A stretch of 64,000 bases of DNA from NCBI RefSeq assembly GCF_001194135.2, contig NC_068986.1:53507671-53571670 (forward strand). The letters are read 5' to 3'. Every line of letters begins with the position of its first letter. Within the stretch, counting starts at the first letter, position 1. Under the pieces are notes generated by a model, which did no database searches, was not told the DNA's origin, and saw only the letters and a program-made list of their open reading frames with translations. Source of the DNA: Octopus bimaculoides (Eukaryota). Of the stretch, positions 11,471 to 25,340 are shown one piece after another. The position numbers and the translations under genes were made by a program.

Positions 11471-12659
11471 AACTGACCCCAGTACCTACTGTTTTGAAGC
11501 CTGGTACATACTCTATCGGTCACTTCTGCTGAACTGCTAAGTTGCAGGGATGTAAACACACCAACACTGGTTGTGAAGCAGTGGTGGGGGACAAACAAAG
11601 ACAAATATATATATANNNNNNNNNNNNNNNNNNNNNNNNNNNNNNNNNNNNNNNNNNNNNNNNNNNNNNNNNNNNNNNNNNNNNNNNNNNNNNNNNNNNN
11701 NNNNNNNNNNNNNNNNNNNNNNNNNNNNNNNNNNNNNNNNNNNNNNNNNNNNNNNNNNNNNNNNNNNNNNNNNNNNNNNNNNNNNNNNNNNNNNNNNNNN
11801 NNNNNNNNNNNNNNNNNNNNNNNNNNNNNNNNNNNNNNNNNNNNNNNNNNNNNNNNNNNNNNNNNNNNNNNNNNNNNNNNNNNNNNNNNNNNNNNNNNNN
11901 NNNNNNNNNNNNNNNNNNNNNNNNNNNNNNNNNNNNNNNNNNNNNNNNNNNNNNNNNNNNNNNNNNNNNNNNNNNNNNNNNNNNNNNNNNNNNNNNNNNN
12001 NNNNNNNNNNNNNNNNNNNNNNNNNNNNNNNNNNNNNNNNNNNNNNNNNNNNNNNNNNNNNNNNNNNNNNNNNNNNNNNNNNNNNNNNNNNNNNNNNNNN
12101 NNNNNNNNNNNNNNNNNNNNNNNNNNNNNNNNNNNNNNNNNNNNNNNNNNNNNNNNNNNNNNNNNNNNNNNNNNNNNNNNNNNNNNNNNNNNNNNNNNNN
12201 NNNNNNNNNNNNNNNNNNNNNNNNNNNNNNNNNNNNNNNNNNNNNNNNNNNNNNNNNNNNNNNNNNNNNNNNNNNNNNNNNNNNNNNNNNNNNNNNNNNN
12301 NNNNNNNNNNNNNNNNNNNNNNNNNNNNNNNNNNNNNNNNNNNNNNNNNNNNNNNNNNNNNNNNAAAAGTATTCTTTAAAATATTCCTAGTTTTATACAT
12401 TTCATTTGAGGAAGTAGTAAACATTAATTACTAAATCAAAGATGATTACTTCAGATTGTTCATCATTTAACACGTTTTCCATGATGGCATGGGTTAGACA
12501 GTTTGACAAGAGCTGGTGAGGCAGAGGACTGTCATGCTCTGTTGTCTGTCTTGGTATGATTTCTATGGCTGGATACCTTTCTAATGGCAGCCACTTTACA
12601 GAGTGCAGTAGGTGCTTTTTTTTTTTTGTGGCACCAGCACTGGCAGGGTCACCGAGCAA

Positions 12660-13430
12660 CTTGCAAGTCAAAGTCCCATTGACTGGAAGGAAGTAGTATT
12701 GAGGGAAGTGGCTTTGTGCTAGTTGATGAGAGATTAAAAGAATAATAGAGAGATAGAGATAGGTGTCTTGCTGTAGCTCCATACTCCAACAAGGATATGC
12801 CAGTTAGAGAAGAAGGGAGAAAAAGAAACTTAGAAAGATACAGGTAGAGAATGAGAAAGATGGTGGATATGTCAGGAAATACCCTCAAAGTATGGGGGTG
12901 AATGTGTGTGAATATAGGTGAAGTGATACAGAGATTGGACTGAGTGAATGGGCAGAGGAGACAGATGAAATAGTTTCATAAGAATGTGAGGAGAGATGAT
13001 TAGCTGACATACAGGTGACTGTAGTAGTTGATGGTGAGAGACACAGGAGTGGTTCAGACGTGGTTATGTTAGATATGTTAGGGCAGTGAGAGTAATAACA
13101 AATAAGTGAGATGTTAAGGATAGAGTATAGCAGAGGGGAAATAGCATGACTTGAGGAGAATGATGCTGAGGTGGGGGAAGAAAGAGATAGGTAACAAAAG
13201 GAGGGGATGTAGTATGTGCCTATTCTTCTCTCAGGTGATTATGGTAGCCAAATAAATATCCGACAGAAAAGTGATGAGTGTTAGAGAAAGAAATGTGTGA
13301 GTGTGTAAGCTTGACCGGGGGGAGGGGGGGAGAATAGAGGTGGAACAATCCAATACTACTCTCCGTAACAAGCAAAGCTTGTGCTGAGCCTGCCAATGTC
13401 AAGGTCAGATCTATAATTAACATCCTACAA
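12660..13430 (-). mobile_element. Heavily decayed CR1/L2-like LINE 3' region
   Basis: Pyrimidine-rich minus strand with remnants resembling the CR1/L2 C-terminus (...HIHPHT..FP.. segment), joined to a SINE-type tail at 12470-12660. Clade assignment is weak. Confidence 0.4.
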
Positions 13431-16400
13431 ACCATATTTGTACATCCCTTTGATTAGCAAGCATTTTCAAAGAATACTTAGGAATTATTAGTGGGACATG
13501 AAAATTCGCAAATACATAGAAGAAAAAAAAAAATTGAATAGTTACTTAGAGGTTTCATTTTTTTACCAAATTAATCCATGCTACTGACACATACACAAAA
13601 GGGTATCCAATTTAAAATATTTGAATGCTTTCATTTTAGTATATTCAGGTGAGCTTTTATTTTTTATAACACAGATACTTAAGTCATCCAAGTTAGACTT
13701 TATGAATTAGCCAACTATAATTGATGGAATTGTAATTTACAATGGAAAGAGATATAATATGATCAATTATCTATTTTACATCCTTAATCCAGATAAATTA
13801 CTTAACACCATCAGTGATGAATAAATATGAATATTCCTACATAACTGAAATGAAGATAAACATAGGTGGTGAATTAGCAGAGTCACTAGTTGGTTTTTAT
13901 TTTGGCACCTTGTATTCTGAGTTTTAACCTCACTGAAGCTAACTTAGCCTTCTGGAGTAAATAAAGTAGTGGAGTGGAAGAAATGTTAAAGCATCAAGCA
14001 AGATGTCTTCTATATTTGTTCCAGCTCTTTGTATTCAGAATTCAAATCTTGCTGAAGTCTTAACTGGTAGACCTAATCAGATGCTCAGATTAGCACCTTT
14101 ACCTGACCCTTGTGTACCTTCAGTCGAGTCCACTTTGTTGCAAGCATTTGAGTAAGGTCTCCAGTTTGAGGATAACTCATCCTCCTTCCTACCAGTTTCG
14201 GAGGTCTTGTTAAGAATCAAGTGAAGTAACCTTCCTGCCTGAGAAATTAAAAAAATAATGCTCCTGTTTATCTTGAATTCATTGAGGGGGGAAAAAAAAG
14301 TCCATTCCAAATTTATGTGAGAAATAATTATTTATCAATAAGATCTGTCTAAGCTCCTTTTCAATTTCCTTTCTCTTAAGGAAATTGAAACTTAGTAAAG
14401 AGAAAGGTATTATACAAATAACTCATGACAGCTTTAAAGTTGAAAAACAATCAAAGAACAGGTCATGAAATCGAAACATCCTTTCCCTTAATAGATTATA
14501 TAATGTACTATAAATAAGACAATGTGTTTATGTAGGGGTAGAGGTGGAAATAAGCAATGTCAATTTTTTAATGTCAATAGTCTAACCTTAACCCATTTTT
14601 GCCATGATTTTCTAAGATTGGATTAAAAGATTAATATTTTTCACTTCAGCGTCAGAACAACAAAATAATCTATATATAATCCAAGTTATTCATATATTTC
14701 CAACATTTTAATTGGATTACCTCTTCAGTCATTTAACCGATTTCAATTTATTATTTGTCTTCAGATGATGAGTGAAAACACTAAATAAAAAATGAGGAGA
14801 GATAAATATCCCAAAAGATATTCACATAATGTAGTCAATATAGAATATTTCAGTTAACTAGAAATTGTCACTGAAAAAAATATTTCCATGGTTGTTTCAT
14901 AATTGCTGAGGTGTAATACTGTCTTGTTTTTAAACTAGTTTAAAGTCAGGTTTTCAAAATAAATACTTTTACTTATATCTCTCCTCCTGCAGTGTGGTTA
15001 AAAGAACCAGTCTTAAATTTTTGTAACTCAAAAATTATGTCAATGAGTCATTGTTGTCTCATCATCCTTGGGAGGAAAGAAAAACAAAAACATTCATGTT
15101 TTTCTTAAGCTTCAGCAATACAGGTCAAATGAAATAACTACTACTAAAAGCCGAAATCTAGTTATTGATTTATAAAAAAAATAATTCTCTCATTAGCAAA
15201 AAGACTGAAGTTTACAAAACCAGATATGTTTCTCCCTGGTTTAACATCCATTTTCACATTGTAGCATGGAGTGGAAGTTTTTATACAAGGTTATTTCTCT
15301 TTAGCTCTGTACTGTTATAACTGTAGGGGATTAACTAAGAAATAGACAAATATAACATTATGTAACACGATTTTCAAACCTAAAGAATCCCTCTCAACAC
15401 ATGGCTGTGATGCTCCCTGACTCCTCTTGCTTATGATCAGAGATGCACACAATGTCAACCACTAAGAGACATGCTCAAGTGGTTATGGTCAAACAACTGT
15501 ATTAAGTAGAATATTTGCTATAACAATAATTCTGCTTCAGTAACTCAGTGCTGAATATGCCTGAAATGTTATGGAAAATAGGTCAGTTTCAAAACATTGT
15601 CCCTCTTTTTGCTAAGTTGGTAACAGTAATAGTGACAGTGGTCATGGCTTAGTGGGTGATCAGCAAGAAAAGCCCATTGAAAGAAAGTGTTAGAGAGATA
15701 GACAGAGAGAGTTGGTTGGAGTGATGATGACAAAACAGAAACAAGTGAATTGAACTGATAGTGATCATCATAATAGAGGTGATGGTAAGCAAGTGGTGGT
15801 TGGAATACAGAAAATAGTTTACATGGTTACATATATTCAGTGTTTCCATTAACAAATTCTATAATGTTGGGGTTAAAAACTAAGTACTAACAAACAAATA
15901 TAGGAAAACCTCAAGGCAGACATTCATTTAACCATGAAATACACAAATCTTCCTAAAATTACACTATATCAATCTAATAAGAAGGGCACATTGAATAATA
16001 CAACAGTGTGCCAATGCAATCATCTCATAGCATATAGTCTAGTTTAACAACCAGTTTTGCAGCCCTCAAGTTTATACAGCTATATTAACTTTTCATAATA
16101 GATGTGAAACGTTCACATTTCAGACAGTATTACACCTCACTAATTATAAAACAACCTATGAGCTTCTATCCAAGACTGCTCTAAATATTACTTGTACCCT
16201 AAATAAAATTTTACTACTCAATCTTTGCATCAATTTGATATTTTCATCATCATCATTTTCATGCTTGCAATAAGTCAGATGGAATTCAAAGAGGAAGATT
16301 TTCTGCAACCAGATGTTCTTACTGTCACCAACCCTCATATATTTTGAAGCAATTCAATATTTCTCGAGGACTAGACATTGATTGTTTGATAGTATTTAGA

Positions 16401-17064
16401 ACTATCATGCAATGTCAAGACAAGGAGGAATACACACACACGTGACAGGCTTCTTTCAATTTCTGCCAACAAATTCCACTCACAAAGCTTTGGTCAGTCC
16501 AGGGCTATAGTAAAAGACACTTGTCCAAGGTGCCACACAGGGGGACTGAACATGAAACCACAGGGTTGGGAAGTGAACCCAAAACCATGAGGTTGCTGGG
16601 TAACATCTAATACCAACATAATCACTACATACCTGAATATGGTTGTTACTTGCCTTTTCATACCTAGAGTTTCTAAAAGTAATGAAGTTTTCAATTTTAA
16701 TCATTTCAGGGTTCTATAATCAAATCCATGTTGCAGCAATTGCATTACTTAGGTGAGATATTCTGCATACCAATGCTTCGCTGCCAGTACATGCCAAAAC
16801 GTAGCAGTTATATTCCTCTCCACTCTCAATCACACTCTAAAGGTTTAAAAAGGTCAGTAGATGACTTGTTCGGGATACACTATTCTAAAGGGATTAAGGA
16901 AGATGAGATGTGCTATAACTTGAACATTTGGTTGAGATTCCATTTAGTGTTCTTGAAATTGGACTCATGTGGTCTGAACTAAATAGAAACAACAGAGGTC
17001 CACAAGAAATTTCACTGTATTTTTCATGCTCACGTGGTTTACATTAAATATATGCAAAGACCTT

Positions 17065-19215
17065 TTGGGTGAAGTCATTAGCGGCTTCAGGTTAGGATTC
17101 TAAGAAACAAACCAATCTAGAAAAGGATTTGGAAGCTTAAGGGTCCTCTGAATAGTCAGAGATTTAGAGATATCCTAATTGAAGCATTTGATGAGTAGGA
17201 GGAAGATTTACAAACATGTAACAGAGGACAAATGGAAGTTCCTATGGGACAACTTACTGAGGGCTACAGACCAAATTTGTGGTTGGTGCAAAACCCCAAC
17301 CAGACCAAGGGTGGGGTGGTGGAACAGAATAGTAGAGGGCCATTAGAGTGAAGAAACAGGATTGGAAGAGTGGTGGTAACCAAGAAATATATCAGTAGCT
17401 AGAACAGAAACTAGGAGAGGTATATTTAGCTAGGAGAGAAGCAGACAGAAGAAGTTTGCCAATGTTCTACAGCATGACGACCAGGGGATTGAGGTGTTTT
17501 GGCTTGCAAAGCGATACGTCAGAGAAACATCATGATGTTGTAGGAGAGAAGTATGTTCACAAGGATGACAGTCCACTTAAAGAAAGAGGCTGGGAAGCAC
17601 CACTATCAAAGGCTGCTAAATGTAGAAAATGCATGGGAGAAAGAGACTGTCTAATGTGAACCCGACAGAGGGATCAGCTATCTGAATCAGCAGTAGCTTG
17701 GTAGATAAAGCAGTTAAGGATATGAAGACAGAAAGTCCTTGGTCCATCAGGAATCACCACCGAGATGCTTAGAATATCTGGTGGAGTGGAATATGGCCTT
17801 GATACCAGTATAGTTAATCAGGTTGTCCATGAGGGAATCATACCTGATGATTGATGTAGCATTATAGTCAACTGCTATAAAGGTAAAGATAACACCTTAG
17901 ATAGAAATAATTGCAGAGGTATCAAATTACTGGACCAGGCGATGAAAGTTAGGGTCATGGCTCAATTAATAAGAGAGTTAGCCTAGATGCGATAGCTTGG
18001 TTTTGTGCCCGAGAGAAGCACTACTTATACTATCTTCATGGTAAGGCAACTACAAGAGAAGCATTAAGCCAAAAAATAAACCTCTATTTGACTTTTATCA
18101 ATGTGGAGGAAGCCTTTGACAGGATCTCCACCACTCCTTTATCTGGTGGTCAATGCAGAATCTAGGGATAGATGTGTGGTTGGTGAGAGCTATACAAGCC
18201 ATGTACAGGAATGTTGTCAGTAAGGTGAAAGTTAGCAATAAGTATAGCAATGAATTTAGTGTAGGAGTTTACCAAGAATAGGCTCTCAATCTCCTCTTGT
18301 TTATCATTGTCTTCCAGGCCATAACAGAGGAATTTAAGACTGGCTGCCCTTGGGAGCTCCTTTATGCTGAAGAGCTTGTTCTTAAAGCAGAAACACTAGA
18401 GAAGAAATTTCAGATGTGGAAGCAAGATTTGGAATCAAAGGACCTCAGAGTTAATTTAGCTAAGACCAAAGTCCAAGTAAATAGAACAGACAAATCCCTT
18501 CAGAAAGATGGCTTTGGTCGATATGTGGAAAAGATGCAAGTAGAAATTCAGTAAGGTTTACCCAGTACAAGCTATGGACACATATGAGGTATAGCATCAT
18601 CCCAGGAAGGTTAACAGAGAAAGTAGCTTTTGTGTCAGATGTAAAAGTGCAATAAACATTAAGAATGTACAGAAAATAGACTTTCTTGAATGTCTGGGGA
18701 GATCCTTAGAAGTAGATAGCTTCCTAGGCAATCAAGTTAGTAGTGGAGGAGGATGCTATAGAAGTGTAGTTGGTAGAATAAGAACAAGTTCAGAGAGCCA
18801 ATACCTTTGTTAGTAACAAAGGTGTTCTCCCTCAGAGTGAAAGACAGATTGTATGATGCTGTGAACAAACTATGCTACATGGTGAAACATAGGCTGCAAT
18901 TACAGAGGACATGTGAAAACTCGAAAAGAACAAATCCAGCATGCTCTGCTGGATGGATAATGTCAGTGTGATATACAACTGAGTGCAAATGATTTAAGAG
19001 AAAAATTGGGTAGAAGAGGCATTAGATGTAGTGTGCAAGACAGAGGCTTGCACTGGTATTGTCATGTGATGCTTATAGATGAAGACTTCAGCATAAAGAA
19101 ATGCTGATCACATATTGTGGAAGGAACCTGTGGAAGGAGTAGGCCCAGGAAGATGTGGGACGGAGTGGTGAGAAATGATTTCAGATGTTGAGCTTCAGAG
19201 TAGATGACGAGTCCG
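17065..19215 (+). mobile_element. RTE-clade LINE, decayed (RT domain)
   Basis: Frameshifted segments NLLRATDQICGWCK, SPGPSGIT.EML, LFIIVFQAITEEFKTGCPWELLYAEELVL (YADD motif decayed), DLRVNLAKTKV, and C-terminal GRPRKMWD. Confidence 0.9.
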
Positions 19216-20576
19216 CTGCCCTAACCACTGGGCCATTGCACCTCCACAGAAGGGAGTTATAGGGCTGGAGGGAACAAAGCAAAATTCAGCATTTTAACTC
19301 ACACTATGTCATATTTGCATGGATCAGACCGAGTTCACAGATTTTCAATGGCTTGATGCCTATCCTGTTGCCAACCCTTACCCATTTTGAAGTAATGTAA
19401 TATTTCTTAAAGGACAGAAATGTTCTCACAGAATATTGGGAAATAACACTGCTTGTATGACAGTAACAGTCATTTTACAACTATCATGCAATGTCAAGAT
19501 GAGGAGACACAAACGTACATACACACACACAAATGTATATATACTTATGACAAGCTTCTTTCAGTTTCTGTCCACCAAATCCACCTACAAAGCTTTGGAT
19601 GGCCCAGAGCTACAGTAGAAGACACTTGCCAAGGTGCCACTCAGGGAACTGAACTCAGAACCACATGGTTGGGAAGTAAACTTCTTATCACACAGCCACA
19701 CCTACATCTATGTAAAAATTATTAGAGTTAATATTTGTTGCAATATATAATACTTGTGATACAAGTGGTCAGCAATCTGGTAGGTCGATACAGAACTGCA
19801 TCAGGTTTGATGTTAAAAATGAAAGAATGGTGGAGATACATACCTACTACAACAAACAATTTGTTTATTGCTTTACACCAACTATTCTCCTGTTTTCTTT
19901 CCATAGGTATTTGCCTCATCATTTGCACACCACAAACTTCTAACCATTTACTTCTTAAAACGCCAAAACCCAACAACCCTAGCTGTCCCATAAAATTTTT
20001 AAATACCATGACCAACTTTTGTCCTCTTTGGTAACAGTCTCATACATCCATGACTTTGCCTCAGCAACTCTCACCCACCAGTTCCATTTTATATCATCAT
20101 CACTTAATGTCCTTTTTCCATGCTGGCATGGGTTACACAGTTTGACAGGGGCTGACCAAGCATAAGACAGCACCATGCTACACTATACTTCTCTGCTTCA
20201 AACTTGTCATTACTTATAATTGCTTCTTCAGTGAATTGAATAAGCTATTGGTATGAGGATGGGTCACGAAAACACTGACATATTTGATCATCTAGAAAAC
20301 TAGATATTCATCAGGTTCACTCTAGAGCTAAATAAAATGTTATATCGACAGCACTGGTGTCACGTCTCATACTTGTGAGCAACTCAATTCTCTTCCCTCA
20401 CTAATTCTTTAACACCTGCTTTGGATTTCCATTCCACCGTCTCTGACATTTCCACAAATTTTTATATTGAAATATGTTTCAATTGCACACACATCAGCTC
20501 TATGATCCATCATTTACAAACTTATTCCCAACCATCTTAATTTCTCTGTCCTACCTCACCAGTACCACAACTATTT

Positions 20577-20578
<2 letters not shown>

Positions 20579-20640
<62 letters not shown>

Positions 20641-20670
20641 TAGAGAGAGAAAAAGAGAAAGAAAGAGAGA
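20579..20670. repeat. (GA)n microsatellite
   Basis: Visible run about 80 bp downstream of the exon 2 donor. Others: (TG)n ~4580-4605, (CT)n(GT)n ~7955-8000, (AAT)n ~48548-48635, (ATT)n ~54938-55022, (CT)n ~63197-63305. Confidence 0.95.
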
Positions 20671-20747
20671 TGCAGCTATAAGAGCAAAAATTCCCGCTGT
20701 AAGTCACTGGTTTGTTCCACATTTGTATATAAAGACAAGATACTGAC

Positions 20748-20937
20748 CTTTTAATGCAATAACTTTACTTGCTGGGTTCATGATGGCAGAGTCAGCGGAG
20801 ATAGGCCGGCGAATTGGGTTGGTGGCATCATTTAAATCAATAATGACAACCTGAGCAGTTTCTCCAACCTTTTCTCTTATACATATGTATTTATCTGATT
20901 CCATAGTAAGGGTACTAAACCCAATATTGGAGGCATT
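20748..20937 (-). CDS. CLTC: Clathrin heavy chain, exon 2 (5' end hidden in assembly gap)
   Basis: Translates to [63 protein letters not shown] + G | GTCAGT, near-identical to the clathrin terminal-domain beta-propeller, with a phase-1 donor as in human. About 18 nt (LQNLGI-equivalent) and the acceptor are expected inside gap 20938-21568. Confidence 0.97.
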
Positions 20938-21604
20938 NNNNNNNNNNNNNNNNNNNNNNNNNNNNNNNNNNNNNNNNNNNNNNNNNNNNNNNNNNNNNNN
21001 NNNNNNNNNNNNNNNNNNNNNNNNNNNNNNNNNNNNNNNNNNNNNNNNNNNNNNNNNNNNNNNNNNNNNNNNNNNNNNNNNNNNNNNNNNNNNNNNNNNN
21101 NNNNNNNNNNNNNNNNNNNNNNNNNNNNNNNNNNNNNNNNNNNNNNNNNNNNNNNNNNNNNNNNNNNNNNNNNNNNNNNNNNNNNNNNNNNNNNNNNNNN
21201 NNNNNNNNNNNNNNNNNNNNNNNNNNNNNNNNNNNNNNNNNNNNNNNNNNNNNNNNNNNNNNNNNNNNNNNNNNNNNNNNNNNNNNNNNNNNNNNNNNNN
21301 NNNNNNNNNNNNNNNNNNNNNNNNNNNNNNNNNNNNNNNNNNNNNNNNNNNNNNNNNNNNNNNNNNNNNNNNNNNNNNNNNNNNNNNNNNNNNNNNNNNN
21401 NNNNNNNNNNNNNNNNNNNNNNNNNNNNNNNNNNNNNNNNNNNNNNNNNNNNNNNNNNNNNNNNNNNNNNNNNNNNNNNNNNNNNNNNNNNNNNNNNNNN
21501 NNNNNNNNNNNNNNNNNNNNNNNNNNNNNNNNNNNNNNNNNNNNNNNNNNNNNNNNNNNNNNNNNNNNATCAATAAGACAAAATATGAAATTTGCATACA
21601 TATA

Positions 21605-22646
21605 CTGTAAAAACCCATGTAATTGGTACATCTGTGTAATTTACTCAGGTGATTTTCAGGATAAAATTTGTTAGGAAAAAAAAAAAAGCTCCTACTCATG
21701 TAAAATCCGCACTTAAAAAGTTTTCAGAATTGACGATATAGCCAGGGGAAAAAAAATTTTCAAGTTAGTCATGTTTAACATAAATTCACTTTTGATTAGA
21801 TTTTATTAAATTTTCATTAAATATAAATAATTTCTGTTTAACAGGTATCATATTGAAAGCTATTAAATTACAAAGTTACTTTATTTTACATTTCTTGCCC
21901 ACAAGAGATTATGTCCGATCTTTAGTATACTGCTGTATGTCTTCTTAAATCATGATTACAGGAAAAGTTGTTGAGAATTACCAACAAAAACAAAGCTGAT
22001 AAATACACACAAGTGTTGCAAATTAAGTTTAATTACCAATAAACATCAGCTTGGATGACACTTTACTCAACTGACAGAGGAAGGAGACCGATCAAGCTGA
22101 TTATGTAAACAGAATTCTTTTCTGCTCATTCTTGTTGGAACCTTCAACACGAAATTTTAATCTCTTTCACACTTATAAAATGTTAAGCAAACTTATAATT
22201 TATCATTACTATTATTGTCAGTATGGGCAGAACTTATGAATTGTTTACTGCGAAGGAGACATTAAATATGTGCTCCACTGCGATAGGTAGAAATTCCAAG
22301 CAATATAAAATATGGTTGGGACTGTGTTTGCCAGCATGAACATCAGACTTCAAAAACTAGTTAGCCATTTAATGGTTTTAGTAAATTTATACAGAAGTAA
22401 GCATTAAACTGTCCAGCATAGATAAAAGTCAACTTCATTATGCATATTTAAGCCATTATTTTTTCTGTAAAAACCTATTGTGACATTAAATGAGTCAATT
22501 TCCGGTACAAATGTTTGTTTTGTCCATCTTTTTTCAACAAAATTTCAAAAAATTCTGGAAACAATCTACTCATGTAATTTATGCACCTACTAAAGTTTAC
22601 TTTTATTTTTGCGAAAAAAGTGCGTAAATTACATGGGTTTTTACAG
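21605..22646. mobile_element. Non-autonomous pogo/Tigger-like DNA transposon
   Basis: Perfect 20-bp TIRs ctgtaaaaacccatgtaatt (21605-21624 and 22627-22646), flanked by TA at 21603-21604 and 22647-22648. Internal ctactcatgtaa subterminal repeats near 21692 and 22567. No intact ORF. Confidence 0.85.
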
Positions 22647-25009
22647 TACTTTTTGTTGGCTATGATGCCAGAAGAGTTTAAAATATTTTAAAATCCATCT
22701 TAATTGGAAACCTGTCAATTTGTCAGCTCTCTATTCAATCCTCACAGTATCCAATCTTAGGGGAGCTGCCCACATCTCATGAGAAACACTGTGTGAAAGA
22801 GTGATGGCTCAAATGCTCAGAAATAATACTCAAATTAACAACACAATATCAAATTGTATTACATAATGCTGCCTCAGAGATACAAGTCAACAGTAGCAAA
22901 ACTTCGATTTCTCAAGGATCAGCTTGACAAACCATATCAATTAAGATGGTTCCTCTATCAAATCATTTTACTTTCAAAGTGTTCCATTGCAATACTATTT
23001 TTAAGCTAGATGCTAAACATTAGTCATTGCAGAATCCTCTACATGGTTGCATAAAGTGCTAGAAGTAGAAACAATCTCCAAACTACATCTAATTGTCTTA
23101 AAAAAAAAAAATATAACATAAAAAGAGAGAGAATACATTTATGATGTAGCTCTGCATATGTAGAAATATGCAATGATCAAGGATGTAAATTTCTGATCAT
23201 AGGTCTGTTCAAACAGGGCTGACTTAGGGTTAAATATCAGCATTAATCAACATAATTGATATTCAGATCAAATGTTATCAAAGCTAAAAGAATTAAATGC
23301 CTACCATATTGTGTCTAATGAACAGCTTCATGTGGAACTAATAATGCTATAGCACTGATAAGAATCCACATGTTTAGCTACTTTCCTGACAGAGTAGTTA
23401 ATTAGAAAAACAAAAACAGACTAACAGCTGTTCTACATGTAAATTGAAAAAATATATATATTGACAAAAGATTTTGTTCTTTGATAGAACAAGGAATTAT
23501 ATATTTCCTCACTAAAATAAACTTGATTAAAATTGGTTGTATAGAAAAAAGAATGTTAGTATGATTAAACAACAGGAACAAAAAAAAAAAGAATTGCTGA
23601 AACAGCTATATCTTTTTTTTTTTCTTTTTTTTCAGCAGTTTCCGGCCGAAATATTCTTGTAGCTTAGTTAAAAACCCAAGGTAAATAAAATTATTTTGTA
23701 ATTTCTGGGAAATTGTGAAGTACAACCAATTTTGCTGACTAATAATGTAGAGGGCTGAGAGAGTCTCTCCATTGCAATTTAAACTGCTAGAATAGCCTAA
23801 GCTTTCAAATAACATCTTTTAAAGAGTTAAAAAAAAAAAAAAAAGTAGGCTATTGCAAATTGGGTACATTTTACTTGAAAGAAAAAGGGATGGTTACAAC
23901 TGAAATGAATTTTGATCATAGATCTGCTTCAAAGATTAATGACCATTTGCAAAATCATTCCATAAAAACTGACATTTCAAGAACAAAAGCAATTCAAATT
24001 ATCTATTACCCACCCAATAACTTTTTAGGTGCCATTGTGTAGCTTGTTTGCATCTAATGCAATGATATTTGTCCATATGTGATTGTACATTTACATAAAT
24101 GAACTTGGAAGTACATACATTGAAAAAAGTATAAGCAACAGAAGAAATTCATGGTAAAAATGTAATTTTAAACTATCAAATCATTTTTATTATTTTAGGA
24201 CCTGTTTATCAATATCGATAGAAGTTGGATATATTTACAATACAGTACTTCACCATGCATTACATGCTTGCATTTTATCTGTGAGGTTACCAAATGTTTT
24301 CTGATCTCACTTCAAGCTACATCCACAATAGAGCATTCTCCTTGTATTTTTTTTATAGGATCGTATTAATGCAACTGTCTGTTTTGTTTATATCAACCAA
24401 ACCTAATGTCAAGTCCACTATATAAGTTATTGCACATGCAAGAAACCATATTCCTCCCAAACAGCTGCAGATTCACTATTCGTAGTATGATATTCAACAT
24501 CACAAACATCTTAGAAATATCTCTCTTAAAAGGAAACCGCCCCCACCTACTAGATGTTTGTTTACATGATTAGCAATTTACTAAAACGCACTCCTCACTA
24601 TAATCATTTGGCTATTTTTACTTCCAGTACAAACTAATACAAAATTTAACAATTTAGTAACTTCCACTAGGCCAACCAAGCAATACAAGGCCTAGAATTT
24701 ATAGATACTTCTGCTGTAAGCTATTACAATACTTATAAAATTTTGGCTCCAGTCAGTTTGCTCAAAATTTGTGCAGGTATCTATTATTTGCACCAACTCA
24801 ATATTGAATCTTTGCCTTTCTTGCATACTCATTAAGACAATTTCCTTGAAGCCTTTATGGGCCTGAGACTATCTAGTACTTTAGTAATTTGGTTAAGCTT
24901 TCTAATAGACAATCTCAGGTGTACTTTTTCAAATTCCAAGAACTCACTGAATCTATAATACAATCCATGTCATCAGAAGATAAAAGTTGTAATGGGTTGA
25001 GGGAGCTTA

Positions 25010-25340
25010 TCATCATTGTTTAACACCCACTTTCCATGCCGGCATAGGTGTGATGGTTTGACAGGAGGCAAAAGACTGCACCAGACTTCTGTTTTGGCAT
25101 GGCTTTTTTATGGCTGGATGCCCTTGGTAGCACCAACCACCCAGCAGAGTGGGCCGAGTGCTTTTCACATGGCACAAGCACAAGTGAGGTCAGTTTCGGC
25201 ATGGTTTTTACAGCTGGATACCCTGCCAAACACCAAGCACTTTACAGTGTGGACTGGATGTTTTTTACATGGCACCAGCACTGGCAGGGTCATCAAGTAA
25301 CTTGCAAGACAAAGACCTGTTAAGAGGGGAGGGGGCACTG
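25010..25340 (-). mobile_element. RTE-3'UTR-like repeat (reverse)
   Basis: Reverse complement of the ggcatcc...catgccggcatggaaag...gatgat family, with an internal tandem duplication. Confidence 0.7.

Noticed and set aside
20555-20571. Minus-strand acceptor after the (CT)n tract followed by GTGAG/GTAGG donors
   Set aside because: Would give 11- or 16-nt frameshifting exons very close to exon 2; the pyrimidine tract is just the microsatellite.
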